A stretch of DNA of 63,576 bases from Promethearchaeia archaeon (GTDB taxonomy: Archaea; Asgardarchaeota; Lokiarchaeia; Sigyniarchaeales; SOKP01), in the NCBI GenBank assembly GCA_029856105.1, contig JAHQWH010000006.1:1-63576 (forward strand), written 5' to 3'. The position numbers were made by a program, and so were the translations under genes. Shown one piece after another: positions 40,509 to 50,903 of the stretch; the first letter of the stretch is position 1; every line of letters starts with the position of its first letter. The notes beneath the pieces were generated by a model. That model was not told the origin of the DNA and ran no database searches. It worked only from the letters and a program-made list of their open reading frames with translations.

Positions 40509-41084
40509 ATGAGTAATAAACTCTTGAAAAGATTTCCTACTATTGCTTGTTGTGGATTAGATTGTGGGTTATGTCCTGTTTATTATACCAAGGGTCCTTC
40601 AAGATGTTCTGGATGTTGTGGTCCAGATTTTTCTAATAAACACCCTTCATGTTCAATAATAACTTGCTGTGTCAAAAAGAAAAATTTTGAAACATGTGGC
40701 GAATGTGAAGATTTTCCTTGCCAAAAAATAAAGATTTGGGATCTTGCTGACTCTTTCATTTCTCATAAAAAATCTCTTGTTAATTTAAGAGAAATAAAGA
40801 AAATTGGTTTGGAAAAATTCATGGAACAACAAAAAAAGAGAATTGATTTTCTGGAATTTGCATTGAATGATTATAATGAAGGAAGATCTAAAAGCTTTTA
40901 TTGTATTGCATCAGCATTATTGTCCATTTCATTTTTAGAAAGTTGTAAGAAAACACTTAAGCAAAAAATGAGCAACGAGAATATAAGAAATATTAAAGAG
41001 AAATCAAAGATGCTTAAAGATATTCTGAATAAAGGAGCTAAAGAGGAGTGTGTTGAGTTAAAACTAAGGAAAAAAGCTAAATAA
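40509..41084 (+). CDS. DUF3795-like Cys-rich protein
   Basis: ACCGLDCGLC, CSGC, CSIITCC, CGECEDFPC. Confidence 0.82.
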   Translation: MSNKLLKRFPTIACCGLDCGLCPVYYTKGPSRCSGCCGPDFSNKHPSCSIITCCVKKKNFETCGECEDFPCQKIKIWDLADSFISHKKSLVNLREIKKIGLEKFMEQQKKRIDFLEFALNDYNEGRSKSFYCIASALLSISFLESCKKTLKQKMSNENIRNIKEKSKMLKDILNKGAKEECVELKLRKKAK

Positions 41085-41142
41085 AAAAGCAAAAAAAAAG
41101 ACAGAAATGAAATCACTCTATTGGATTCTTTGTTACATTTTT

Positions 41143-42246
41143 TTAAAAAGGAAATTCATATTTATCCAGATGAAGTTCCTTTCGCATAATTTTGATATCT
41201 TCTTGTAAACTTTTGTTAATCGGAATGCCCGTTTTCAATCTTTCTTGTTCGGCAATAAATTCCTTCTCTCCCGCCGTGAAAATCTTTTCCTCGCCTGGAG
41301 CCTTTTTTGACTCTCTCAATCCCCTCATGATATTTCCGGCTGTTTTTTTAAAAGAACCTGTTGATAGGAAGCTTTCAACATTAATTGCTAGAAAGAAATG
41401 TCCCACTTTTAAGCGTTTTTGGCCGTTTTCAACGATACCTATCGTATCTTTAAGATATATTCCATCTTGTAAAGCCGCAGATAATAATTCAACTAAAGTT
41501 GCGTAACCATAGCCTTTATAACCTGAAGTCCCTTCTCCTTTGCCACCTAAGGGTAATAACGCAGCTTTCCCTTTACTCATACCATCTAATATTTTGGCAG
41601 GATCAGTTTCTGTTTTTCCATCGTCTGTTATTACCACCCCATCCGGTAAAGGTTTATTGATTCTATTATATAATTCTACCTTACCCCTTTGAACGATTGT
41701 AGTGGCACAGTCAATTAAGAAGGGGAATTTTTCGTCTGTTGGAGCACCTACCGTTAACGGATTTGTTCCTAACATTGGTTCAACACCAAAAGTAGGGGGC
41801 ATGGAGGGGCGAGCGTTAGTGACTGCGAAGCCAATCATCCCTTCCTTTGTAGCCATGAGAGAATAATAACCCGCAATTCCAAAGTGGGTCGAATTTCGAA
41901 CAGCAACAGAACCAAGCCCATACTTTTTCGCTTTTTCAATCGCAGTTTTCATCGCCTTATAAGCAATAACATGACCCATTCCGCAATTTCCGTCCCAAAG
42001 AGCCGTAGTTGGACCATCTTTAACGATGTCAATCTTTGTAATTACTTCGTACATTCCAGCTTTGATACGATCGAAATACATTTTACAACGTTGTATTCCA
42101 TGGGTATCAATCCCTCTAATATCAGAAGCAATTAACACTTCAGCTATAATGTGGGCATCGTCTTTAGGAACCCCAAGGCCAATAAAAACATCTCTCATGA
42201 AGCTTTCAAGTGTTTTTGCGTCGAGATATATAATATTTTCAGACAT
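41143..42246 (-). CDS. Ldh_2-family dehydrogenase, copy 2
   Basis: Same motifs as copy 1, with long identical blocks. Confidence 0.92.
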   Translation of the reverse strand: MSENIIYLDAKTLESFMRDVFIGLGVPKDDAHIIAEVLIASDIRGIDTHGIQRCKMYFDRIKAGMYEVITKIDIVKDGPTTALWDGNCGMGHVIAYKAMKTAIEKAKKYGLGSVAVRNSTHFGIAGYYSLMATKEGMIGFAVTNARPSMPPTFGVEPMLGTNPLTVGAPTDEKFPFLIDCATTIVQRGKVELYNRINKPLPDGVVITDDGKTETDPAKILDGMSKGKAALLPLGGKGEGTSGYKGYGYATLVELLSAALQDGIYLKDTIGIVENGQKRLKVGHFFLAINVESFLSTGSFKKTAGNIMRGLRESKKAPGEEKIFTAGEKEFIAEQERLKTGIPINKSLQEDIKIMRKELHLDKYEFPF

Positions 42247-42400
42247 AGTAATCCTTTAAAATTTACTTATATTTCATTATTTTATGATAATTGAACTATA
42301 TTCTAGCCTATTTTTGATTTTACATAAAGTTTATATTTTTTAATTATTAATCACATTTCATATTTAATATGATTAACAATAAAACTAAGGAAGATCTACA

Positions 42401-43285
42401 ATGCCAAAAACGAATGTAAATAATATAGAGATTGAATATGAGACAATCGGGGACCCGGTATCAAAACCGTTGTTATTAATAGCGGGACTTGGAAGCCAGA
42501 TGCTTGCTTGGTCGGATGAGATGTGCGAAATTCTTGCAAATCGTGGCTTTTTTGTAATAAGATTCGACAACCGAGATGTAGGGTTGTCAACAAAACTCGA
42601 AGATGCAGGTATACCAGACATGATGGAGATCAGTGCGGCCTATACTCGTGGAGAAATACCTAAAGTTCCATATACATTAGAGGACATGGCTGATGATGCC
42701 ATCAGCGTATTGAACGCTCTGAATATTGATAAAGCACACATCTGTGGGGCTTCCATGGGCGGAATAATCGCACAGATACTAGCATATAGACATCCTTCTC
42801 GTTTATTATCTCTCACAGTAATTATGAGCACAACTGGAAATCCCGAACTTCCACCTTCAAAGTCAGAAATCTTGATGCAATTCTTCGCACCTGTTCCATC
42901 TGAGCGTGAAGCATATATTGAAGAGATGGTCAAACGTGATAGTCTGATTAATGGTACATTTCCTTATGATGAGGACAGATCAAGAGAGTATAGAACAAGC
43001 GAGTATGATCGAAGTTATTACCCTCAAGGAATAGCCCGCCAATTAGCAGCAATGGCAGTTCCAGGTAATATTAAACCTTATATAGCTGCAATATCGGCAC
43101 CTACAGTTGTTATTCATGGAACTGAAGACCCTTTTAACCTTATTGAAGCGGGTAAAGAGATTGCGTCTACGATTCCCGGAGCTGAATTAATGCTTGTGGA
43201 TGGAATGGGGCATAGTTTTCCTCGTGAAGTCATACCAAATATTGTAAACGCATTAGTTGCGAATAGCAACAAGAATGGCAATTAG
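42401..43285 (+). CDS. alpha/beta hydrolase (esterase/lipase-like)
   Basis: RFDNRDVGLS, GASMGG nucleophile elbow, HGTEDP, GMGH. Confidence 0.92.
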   Translation: MPKTNVNNIEIEYETIGDPVSKPLLLIAGLGSQMLAWSDEMCEILANRGFFVIRFDNRDVGLSTKLEDAGIPDMMEISAAYTRGEIPKVPYTLEDMADDAISVLNALNIDKAHICGASMGGIIAQILAYRHPSRLLSLTVIMSTTGNPELPPSKSEILMQFFAPVPSEREAYIEEMVKRDSLINGTFPYDEDRSREYRTSEYDRSYYPQGIARQLAAMAVPGNIKPYIAAISAPTVVIHGTEDPFNLIEAGKEIASTIPGAELMLVDGMGHSFPREVIPNIVNALVANSNKNGN

Positions 43286-43382
43286 AAAGTAATGAAGGAA
43301 AGCAACATAGATGATCAAGTTCAAAAACAATCTTTGGGATACATTTTCAATCTCTGAACGTCATGATGTGAGAAGTAAAAAC

Positions 43383-44213
43383 CTAAGTGGAATTAGATTC
43401 AACCAGTTTACCTTTGGTTTTGTCGATTTCGCCTATATATCCTGTACCGCGTGGATAACCACCAATTCCAGGTTTGACCATAGGAGCGTGGAAGTGACCT
43501 TTAGCCCAAGGAGCGGGGAACTTTTGAAAAATAGTCGATGCGAGTAAAGCAAACGTTTGAATCGCGATGTATATGGCATAGTTGTCCCAAATAGTGAGAA
43601 AACCCAAACAAATAGCCACATTTGGTATGTGACAAACAACAGTTTTGACGATTATAGACCTTGGAGTGTCATGCTCTGGGCTAACATAAATGTCCCAGAA
43701 GTAATTTTGAATGAAATATTGCCATAAACCCATGGAGGCGAAACCAAGTATGTAATTAACCGCACTAGGTACGCCGGTTAGGCTCCAAAGGTGATAAAAC
43801 GAAAGAAGAATGCCTCCAGTGCTAAAACCCCATATAACACCAAACACGATCTCAGAACCGAGATGGAATTTACGGTTGAAAGTGAGCGTCATGCGAGACC
43901 ATAGAATCCAATATGCAATGAAAACATAGATAACACAGAAAGAGAAGTGGGCTATCCAAAAGGGGTTTGAAATTTGCGCCGTAGTGAATATGGGCTGGTT
44001 GAGTATCTGTTCAAATGTGCCAGAAAGAGCCGTAAAAATATTGCAAAAAGAAAAATAGATTAATGCTCGAATCCAAGCTATACTTGGTTTCCAACCATCG
44101 ATGGGAAGTCTTCTGTACTTAGTTATATAAACTACTATCATAGCTATGCCAAATATGGCGACACAAACTATAAATATAGCTATAAATATGTTTCCAGACA
44201 TATTAATCATCAA
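43383..44213 (-). CDS. hypothetical multi-pass membrane protein
   Basis: About 7 hydrophobic segments; polar conserved-looking FWDIYVSPEHD and H.PN. Confidence 0.75.
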   Translation of the reverse strand: MMINMSGNIFIAIFIVCVAIFGIAMIVVYITKYRRLPIDGWKPSIAWIRALIYFSFCNIFTALSGTFEQILNQPIFTTAQISNPFWIAHFSFCVIYVFIAYWILWSRMTLTFNRKFHLGSEIVFGVIWGFSTGGILLSFYHLWSLTGVPSAVNYILGFASMGLWQYFIQNYFWDIYVSPEHDTPRSIIVKTVVCHIPNVAICLGFLTIWDNYAIYIAIQTFALLASTIFQKFPAPWAKGHFHAPMVKPGIGGYPRGTGYIGEIDKTKGKLVESNST

Positions 44214-44363
44214 TTCTTTTTAAAAACTTTTGTTAACACTTATTTAACTAAATCTAAGCTATCTTATTTTCGATTTTACAAAAAGTTTGATAAAATATTA
44301 TTTCCATGTTATGTGATTTTTTGAATTCCTTTTCAATCTATTTTACTTATGATATTGAATGAC

Positions 44364-44492
44364 ATGAAAGTTAAAGTAGAAGGGAAATTTTTCAAAGAAG
44401 TAACTGTTGACGACGATGGTAACAACATAACTTATGTCTTTCCTGACACGAGCGAATTTTTATCGATATTAAGGAGAAAGTTAAATAAATAG
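44364..44492 (+). CDS. small hypothetical protein (42 aa), below the ORF-track cutoff
   Basis: MKVKVEGKFFKEVTVDDDGNNITYVFPDTSEFLSILRRKLNK; alternative in-frame ATG at 44349. Confidence 0.45.
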   Translation: MKVKVEGKFFKEVTVDDDGNNITYVFPDTSEFLSILRRKLNK

Positions 44493-44623
44493 TTAATCTG
44501 AAAGATAAATCCATCAATCGATTATTATTTTTTTAACAAATAAGTTATAAAGGATTGAAATAATCAATTAATTTGTTTAATTACATAATTTTAAATTTAT
44601 AATTACAATTTGGATGATCTTAA

Positions 44624-45292
44624 ATGAGTCTTTACAGTGTATTGGAATCGATTCTTGTGATGGCGGCTGTTATATTTACGTTAATGGGTAATATTACAGG
44701 AAATTTAATGTATATATTAATCGGCGTTATTTTAGGAGGTTTTGCGTTTTTAGGAGCCTTATTTATAACTTTGAGAGTCAAGAAAGATACTGGAATTGAC
44801 GACGTGATATTTATAAATGCGGTAGTATTTCCGCTAATGGTTGCTATTATCTTCACTTTAGGTTCCGTTAATATAGGATTAACGCAATATCAAGTTATCT
44901 GGTTTGATTTAGGGCTTGCTATAGCAATGTTTATTGTTTTTATGTGTGTTTGGATATTCTTAAAGCAAAAATGGAAGTTTCTTATTGTGGAGGATGTCGA
45001 TTTTACAACCACTACTGATAAAGAGAAGTATCCTCAATTTTTATTGGCCACACTAATATTAGGAGGAATATTTGGTTTAATCTTCATTGTTTTTAAGTTC
45101 TTTTTTATTTGGTTCGGGTATCAAATTACTTCGTACATCGTAATGAGCTTTACTTTATTGGTTACTATAATTTTATCATTTTTCCTTAGTATTTTTGTAA
45201 GAAAAATGAAAGAGCGCCCTCCTAAGGTTAAAAAAGAAAAAGAACCAAAAATTAAAAAGGAAAAAAAACCAAAAAACACAAAATCTCAATAA
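44624..45292 (+). CDS. hypothetical 6-TM membrane protein with Lys-rich tail
   Basis: Hydrophobic segments; PKVKKEKEPKIKKEKKPK tail. Confidence 0.75.
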   Translation: MSLYSVLESILVMAAVIFTLMGNITGNLMYILIGVILGGFAFLGALFITLRVKKDTGIDDVIFINAVVFPLMVAIIFTLGSVNIGLTQYQVIWFDLGLAIAMFIVFMCVWIFLKQKWKFLIVEDVDFTTTTDKEKYPQFLLATLILGGIFGLIFIVFKFFFIWFGYQITSYIVMSFTLLVTIILSFFLSIFVRKMKERPPKVKKEKEPKIKKEKKPKNTKSQ

Positions 45293-45387
45293 ATAATCTA
45301 TTCTTTTTTTTTTGTTTAGTAAGATTAGAATTTCTTTTTTCTTATAACTTCAATAAATTTTTATTTTTCCATTCATTTTATTTTTAT

Positions 45388-45690
45388 GGAGCGTTTGGGG
45401 TGCTCTGAAGTCCCTTTGCTGGACGGACCACAAAATCCTCATTAGTGGAAATTGCCTGGATTCAGGTTTCATGAGTATTATTATCCAATTTTATGTCCCG
45501 GCGAAGCGATCCCCTTGATGGTGGGTACCAGAATAGGGCCTTTTGTAGGAAAGGCTCGAGTTCGTAATAACAAACCCGATCAGGCCAGGGATGGAGCAAT
45601 CGTAAGTTTAGGAATTCACGCTTTATGGTAAGGTCGTGGAGGAGCATATTATCTGGTCATAATAGTAGGATTGGAATCGAGGTTCAGGTC
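45388..45690 (+). ncRNA. ffs: signal recognition particle (7S) RNA
   Basis: About 300-nt GC-rich island. Helix 8 CGAT-CAGG-CCA-GGGA-TGG-AGCA-ATCG (45577-45602); helix 6 GGGCCTTTT-GTAG-GAAAGGCTC (45536-45557); two Alu-like 5' hairpins; long helix-5 complementarity; U-rich 3' flank. Confidence 0.92.
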
Positions 45691-45727
45691 TTTTATTCTT
45701 TTTCTTTATAAAAACCATTTCCTAAGA

Positions 45728-46171
45728 TTAATACGATTTCTTCTTTACTTTAAGCTTATATTTACAGTGAGAATTACTATTATCAACAATACACTCCTTA
45801 ATTTCAGTCTCAAATTGAAACTCAGGAAATAGACTCGTCAAAAAACTCCTCGTATAAGGAAGACATATGCTCTCTTGAATATTTTTTGCGCTTGTTGGGT
45901 TCCTTTTTCCGCCAATTGGACAAAATTTCTTTGAATGTTTTAATTGAATAAAATATGTGTTCTCATCTATTTTTTTAATTGAAGTTGAGGCACCTAACGC
46001 TTTATAAGACGTTTCTAAAGCAGTTGTTAAATCATTAATACCTTTTTCTTTATATAAAGCGGCTAATTTTGCTCCCAATTTTGTGCTAACGGCTCGTGGG
46101 AGGTTTTCTCCGCCAACATCAATCATCTCGTTTATATATGCGTGAAAAAATTTTAAAGCATCTTTTACCAT
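45728..46171 (-). CDS. V4R/methanogen-output-domain-like small protein
   Basis: FCPIGG...ICLP...F...ECI.....HC.Y pattern. Confidence 0.6.
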   Translation of the reverse strand: MVKDALKFFHAYINEMIDVGGENLPRAVSTKLGAKLAALYKEKGINDLTTALETSYKALGASTSIKKIDENTYFIQLKHSKKFCPIGGKRNPTSAKNIQESICLPYTRSFLTSLFPEFQFETEIKECIVDNSNSHCKYKLKVKKKSY

Positions 46172-46289
46172 TTAAATCAACCCCTAATTGACTTTTCCTA
46201 ATTTTTTACTAAAATTGTGGTCAAACAATCCTTAACTCTAGATAAAAAGTCAAATAAATCGTATATAAATTTAAGCATGTTTGTAACTA

Positions 46290-46889
46290 TTAATCCCCTT
46301 TCAAAATAAAACGTAAAAGTTTATCTTTATCTTCTTCAGCATAATTAATTCCAATTCTTTTACCCAATAAGATTTGTTTATCATCGATCTTCTCTCCTTC
46401 GGCAAAAAAGAGTGCTGATTTTTCAACGCAAGAATCTTTGCCATTAAACTTCTCCTTAGTTATTTTCATAGCCATACAAAGCTTGCTTGGACCATCCACT
46501 AAATTTTTATAATTCTTGCCAACTTTAATGGTCCGATTTTCTTTCATTAAGTCAATCCCATCAATTGGATACAAATTTCTTATGAATATTGAACATGGAA
46601 ACCCCTCTGGTTCAGTGATAACATTAAGGCAGAAATAGGTACCATAGATATAATAAATGTAAAAAGTACCGGGTTTCATATACATTATTTTTGTTTTCTC
46701 AGTTTTTTTATAATTATAGCAGTGACACGCTTTATCCTTTACACCTAAATAGGCTTCTACCTCAATAACTTTTCCAATCATTCTTCCTTTCGTTGTTTTT
46801 CTTACGAGATATTTTCCTAAGATGTCCTTACCTACTTCGGTCGTATCTCTCGAAAAAAATTCCCTTGTTAACCTTCTTAACTCGTTCAA
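46290..46889 (-). CDS. mpg: DNA-3-methyladenine glycosylase (AAG/MPG family)
   Basis: EVEAYLG..DKACH, YIYYIYG..CLNV, GPSKLC, RIGI. Confidence 0.93.
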   Translation of the reverse strand: MNELRRLTREFFSRDTTEVGKDILGKYLVRKTTKGRMIGKVIEVEAYLGVKDKACHCYNYKKTEKTKIMYMKPGTFYIYYIYGTYFCLNVITEPEGFPCSIFIRNLYPIDGIDLMKENRTIKVGKNYKNLVDGPSKLCMAMKITKEKFNGKDSCVEKSALFFAEGEKIDDKQILLGKRIGINYAEEDKDKLLRFILKGD

Positions 46890-46998
46890 TTCAGAATCAA
46901 TTCTTATTACAAACTTGTAAAATTAAAAATTTATATATTTAAAAGATTATGAATAACTAATAAAAGATTTTAATAAAAGATTATTAACTTAAGCTAAA

Positions 46999-48078
46999 AT
47001 GAACGCTCCAGAAAGAATACTAAAAACGATTAAGCACGAAGAACCAGATAGGGTTCCCGCTTTTGAAAGTGCGTTTACAAACAACACTATAATAAAACAT
47101 TATGATGTAAATCTTAGCGGTGGTCGTGGATACAAAAACATCTATAAATTTTTTAGTAAAGTAGGAATAGAGTTAGTTCTTAGTTATGTAAGTTTATTTC
47201 CCCGAAAAATGTTTAGGGGAGGATTTATAGATGAATATGGTAGAGTAATGAAATATGAATATGCTGAAGACAAAACTATGATCTTAGCTTACCACGGAGG
47301 GCACTTTAAGTCGTTTGAGGACTACGAAAGCTGGGAACAGCCAGACCCAAACTTAAAATCTCGAATGGATCAATTTCTATCAGGAAGAAGTATTCAAAAA
47401 GAAATGGATGACGCAATTTTTTCTATTCCTTCAACTGGAGCTCTAATGGAATGTGCTTGGGAGGGTTTTGGAATGGAAACCTTTTCACGAATTACAGGAC
47501 GCGATAAACAAATGAAAAGGATATTCGACGATCGAGGAGCGTTTACAGTAGAGTTGGTAAAAATCTTAGCGGAAAACGAAGCTAAAATGGTGTTGTTATG
47601 GGACGATTACGGATTTAAGAATGGCTTATTCATGAGAACAAGTTTATATCGAAAACATATATTTCCATGGTTAAAACAAATATGTGATACCGCTCATAAG
47701 TATGATTGTAAGATTCTTTTACATTCAGATGGAGATTTAATGGAAATTTTTGAGGATATTATAAAATGTGGAGTTGATGCGCTCAATCCCATCGAATCTA
47801 CTACTGCTAACCCAGATTACGATATATTTAAATTAAACGAAATGTATGGCGATAAGATTACTTTTGTTGGCAATTTAAGCCCTATCATGCTAGCAATGGG
47901 GGAGATTTCTGAAATTGAAGATTACGCTAAAAAATTAATACGAGAATTAGCACCAGGTGGAGGATATATTTTTAGTTCAGGACATAGCATACATCCAGCT
48001 GTTACAGTTGATAGATTTGAAGCTATGCAAAATATTAAGAGAAAATACGGGACTTATCCTATAAATGTTCCAGATTAA
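46999..48078 (+). CDS. uroporphyrinogen decarboxylase / MtaA-CmuA family protein
   Basis: HEEPDRVP, WDDYG, LHSDG, GGGYIFSSGHSI. Confidence 0.85.
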   Translation: MNAPERILKTIKHEEPDRVPAFESAFTNNTIIKHYDVNLSGGRGYKNIYKFFSKVGIELVLSYVSLFPRKMFRGGFIDEYGRVMKYEYAEDKTMILAYHGGHFKSFEDYESWEQPDPNLKSRMDQFLSGRSIQKEMDDAIFSIPSTGALMECAWEGFGMETFSRITGRDKQMKRIFDDRGAFTVELVKILAENEAKMVLLWDDYGFKNGLFMRTSLYRKHIFPWLKQICDTAHKYDCKILLHSDGDLMEIFEDIIKCGVDALNPIESTTANPDYDIFKLNEMYGDKITFVGNLSPIMLAMGEISEIEDYAKKLIRELAPGGGYIFSSGHSIHPAVTVDRFEAMQNIKRKYGTYPINVPD

Positions 48079-48095
48079 TATATCTAAGTAAGCTA

Positions 48096-48938
48096 TTAAT
48101 AATTGGAACTTAACTCGTTTTTTAAGAATGAAACCAACTTGTCATTAGAAGCTATGAAAGGGAATTTCAAATAAATAGATAAATCTCCTTCAATTTTACT
48201 TCCATTAAGTGAAAAGAATTCTCCTCCAGCTTCTTTTAGGATTAGTAATCCCGCTGCAACATCAACCAATCGATTTGTTTCTCTTAAGTTAACAAAAGCT
48301 TCCATGCTACCTTTCGCAAGTTGGCATAATGTTAAGGCACTACTCCCTAATACGCGTATGCGAAAAAATCTCCTAAATATTGGTCTTAAATTATCTATGT
48401 GTTTAAAAAAGTTTTTCATAGGGAGATTTAACTCAAAAAAGCACTTATCAGTAATGTCCAAATCAGAAACATGAATTTTATTATTATTTAAATAAGCGCC
48501 CTCGCCTTTAATTGCCCAATAAATACCTTTCGTGTTTAAATTAAGAACCACTGCTTTTTTTATGTCGTTAATCGTTCGACCTATAGCATAGGCTATTGAT
48601 ATAGAACAGTACGGGATTCCTCTTACTGCGTTATTAGAACCATCAACAGGATCGATAATTAAAACATTTTGGCTTTTAATTGCTTTTTCCTTATTTCCTA
48701 TATATCGTTCGCCTAATTCTTCGCTAATTAACAATAGATTTACATTCTCATTTTCTAAAGTATTAATAACTACATCTTCAGCAATAAGGTCTATTTGCAT
48801 TGAAATATCCCCACCTGCGCCCCTCTGAGCTTTTTCTGCCGCCTTTTTAGTGCCTAAAATAGGATTTATAGCATCATATACATTTATAGCAATTTGTTTC
48901 AATAAATCGATACTAAGTTCCATGATATAACCAATCAA
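48096..48938 (-). CDS. inositol monophosphatase / FBPase family
   Basis: SEE, IDPVDGSNN, RVLGSSAL, DVAAG. Confidence 0.92.
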   Translation of the reverse strand: MIGYIMELSIDLLKQIAINVYDAINPILGTKKAAEKAQRGAGGDISMQIDLIAEDVVINTLENENVNLLLISEELGERYIGNKEKAIKSQNVLIIDPVDGSNNAVRGIPYCSISIAYAIGRTINDIKKAVVLNLNTKGIYWAIKGEGAYLNNNKIHVSDLDITDKCFFELNLPMKNFFKHIDNLRPIFRRFFRIRVLGSSALTLCQLAKGSMEAFVNLRETNRLVDVAAGLLILKEAGGEFFSLNGSKIEGDLSIYLKFPFIASNDKLVSFLKNELSSNY

Positions 48939-48982
48939 AAATTTGATTAAATAATAAAATACAATTAGATAAATATCTTTTA

Positions 48983-50239
48983 TTAAGAGGATTGAATATG
49001 TCTTTCTTGTTCCAAAATTTCTTTTATGCTACTTAACTTAGTTACAATCGTTTGAACAAAGCCATTTTCCAAGAGTAAATGTGGCCCCTTATTCAACTCA
49101 TTTTTTAAATAAAGCTTATCGATTTTTTCTAAAAGTAGCCATTCAGAAATTAGTATACCTTTTCTTTTTTCTTCCTCCGCAAACTTGTTTGTTAGAATAT
49201 TATAGTTCTTTAATTCAAGAAAGTTATTTTCTTCTTGCATTTCCAAGATAGCAAAGAAAGGCGTTTCTCCAAAGTGCTCGGAGATTTTAGAACTTAAACC
49301 TTCGTTGTTCGCTAAAGGCACGGCGATCTTTATAACTTCTTTTGGTAGAGTTTGAGAAATAATAATGATTCTAAAGATTTGAGTGAATTCTGCTTGGATT
49401 TTATCTGACAGCGCATTTTTCAACGACTGTATTTGATGCAAATGAAGTTCTTTATTTAAAATTACTACAACTTCTAAAAAAATATATCGACCGTAAGATC
49501 TAATTTCAAGGTTTTCAATCTCTTTAACATTTGGAAAGTTTTTAATCACATTATAAAGTTCATTTCTTTGGTCAAAATCGATAATAGCGTCTAATAATAT
49601 TTTAGTAGAGGTCAAGAAAATATCGTATCCACCTTTAATAATTAGTAAAGCAATAATTAGACTAATTATTGAATCTAGAAAATTAACGCCGAATAAAGCA
49701 CCTATAAAACCGATTATCACTGAAGACGAGATAAGGTTATCGTAGAATTTTTCGCTTGCTTGAGATTGAATTATGGGTGAGTTTGTCTGTTTTCCTATTA
49801 CTCTTAAATATAAGGTTGTTGAGAACGAAATAGTCAATGAAGCGATTAAGAAAATAAAAATTACGGGAGAAGTTATTATTTGTTTTGGAAGTCCAACAAA
49901 GTGAGCGAATATTTCGGAGAACGAAATAATAATTACATTATACGCTGTATAAAATATGACTAGCGATATAATTAAGCTGATTATATTTTCTATTTTGTAA
50001 TATCCATAAGGAAATTTTTCATTTGGTTTTCTTTTTGCGTAACTGATTCCAACTAAAGCAGCAAACACCATAATTATATCCGTAAGATTATCAAAAGCAT
50101 CTGCTTGAAGCGCCAAACTACCGCTTAAATCGGCAAAAATTAACTTAAAAATAAATAGACTTAAATTTACTACTAATAATACAGAATTCACGAAAATTGG
50201 TTTGGTGTAAAATTTTTTACTTTTATCTGGTTCGTTCAT
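48983..50239 (-). CDS. cation diffusion facilitator with C-terminal NifB/NifX-like domain
   Basis: SLALQADAFD, FPYGYYKIE; C-terminal KIAVP...ISEHFGETPFF. Confidence 0.88.
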   Translation of the reverse strand: MNEPDKSKKFYTKPIFVNSVLLVVNLSLFIFKLIFADLSGSLALQADAFDNLTDIIMVFAALVGISYAKRKPNEKFPYGYYKIENIISLIISLVIFYTAYNVIIISFSEIFAHFVGLPKQIITSPVIFIFLIASLTISFSTTLYLRVIGKQTNSPIIQSQASEKFYDNLISSSVIIGFIGALFGVNFLDSIISLIIALLIIKGGYDIFLTSTKILLDAIIDFDQRNELYNVIKNFPNVKEIENLEIRSYGRYIFLEVVVILNKELHLHQIQSLKNALSDKIQAEFTQIFRIIIISQTLPKEVIKIAVPLANNEGLSSKISEHFGETPFFAILEMQEENNFLELKNYNILTNKFAEEEKRKGILISEWLLLEKIDKLYLKNELNKGPHLLLENGFVQTIVTKLSSIKEILEQERHIQSS

Positions 50240-50775
50240 TTATCTACAACAGCTTTTTTCTCTTGAATTTTTTCTTGATTTTTTACTTTATATTGAAATA
50301 GTCTAATTATGTATACAATTAATGCCCCCATGAAACACCACACGCATATTATAGTTTGCAATAATCCAGGAAAACTAGTATTCTGATAGAAAGGATTAAA
50401 ATCGAGAGGAAAAAAAGGTTGAATATCCGTGTAAATAGGGAAATCGAGTAAAATATGAATATAAATTCCCGAAAGAGAGGCAACCAAGATTTTTTTAAAC
50501 GATACATCTTGTTCTAACTTGAAAAACGACATTAAAGGGTAAAAATGTCTTCTAATTTTGCTCATTACCACCGTCAAGAGAAGTGCAACAATAGTTCCTC
50601 CTAAAAAACTGTGGAAAAAACCATGAAGCGGGTAATCTAAGTTAAAAAGTAAGATAATAAATGGTTCAATATCAACAATTACGCTAGCAATTAAGAATGT
50701 AGGAAAATCGATGAAATTAAGAAACAACAATCCAATCATTAACCCTGGGCCTAAATGATATGTTGTGAAAGGCAT
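50236..50775 (-). CDS. membrane-bound metal-dependent hydrolase (YbcI/DUF4184-like)
   Basis: MPFTTYH, DIEP, LHGFFHS, HILLD, QPFFP. Confidence 0.8.
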   Translation of the reverse strand: MPFTTYHLGPGLMIGLLFLNFIDFPTFLIASVIVDIEPFIILLFNLDYPLHGFFHSFLGGTIVALLLTVVMSKIRRHFYPLMSFFKLEQDVSFKKILVASLSGIYIHILLDFPIYTDIQPFFPLDFNPFYQNTSFPGLLQTIICVWCFMGALIVYIIRLFQYKVKNQEKIQEKKAVVDK

Positions 50776-50903
50776 ACAATAATAATTTATTCTTTTAACA
50801 TTTAAATTCCCATGATGGAATATATCTAGATTATAAAATGAAGTTTGATTACATTAATTTTAACATTTATTCCAGATTATAATTAACCTACAAAATAAAA
50901 AGA

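Noticed and set aside
43292-43380. ATGATCA...CTGA...ATGATG resembling C/D-box sRNA motifs
   Set aside because: Boxes are degenerate and wrongly spaced, with no terminal stem or identifiable guide.
45462-45647. 61-aa minus-strand ORF; RNase P RNA was also considered for this GC island
   Set aside because: The ORF is antisense to clear SRP helix 6/8 motifs, and no RNase P P4 signature was seen.
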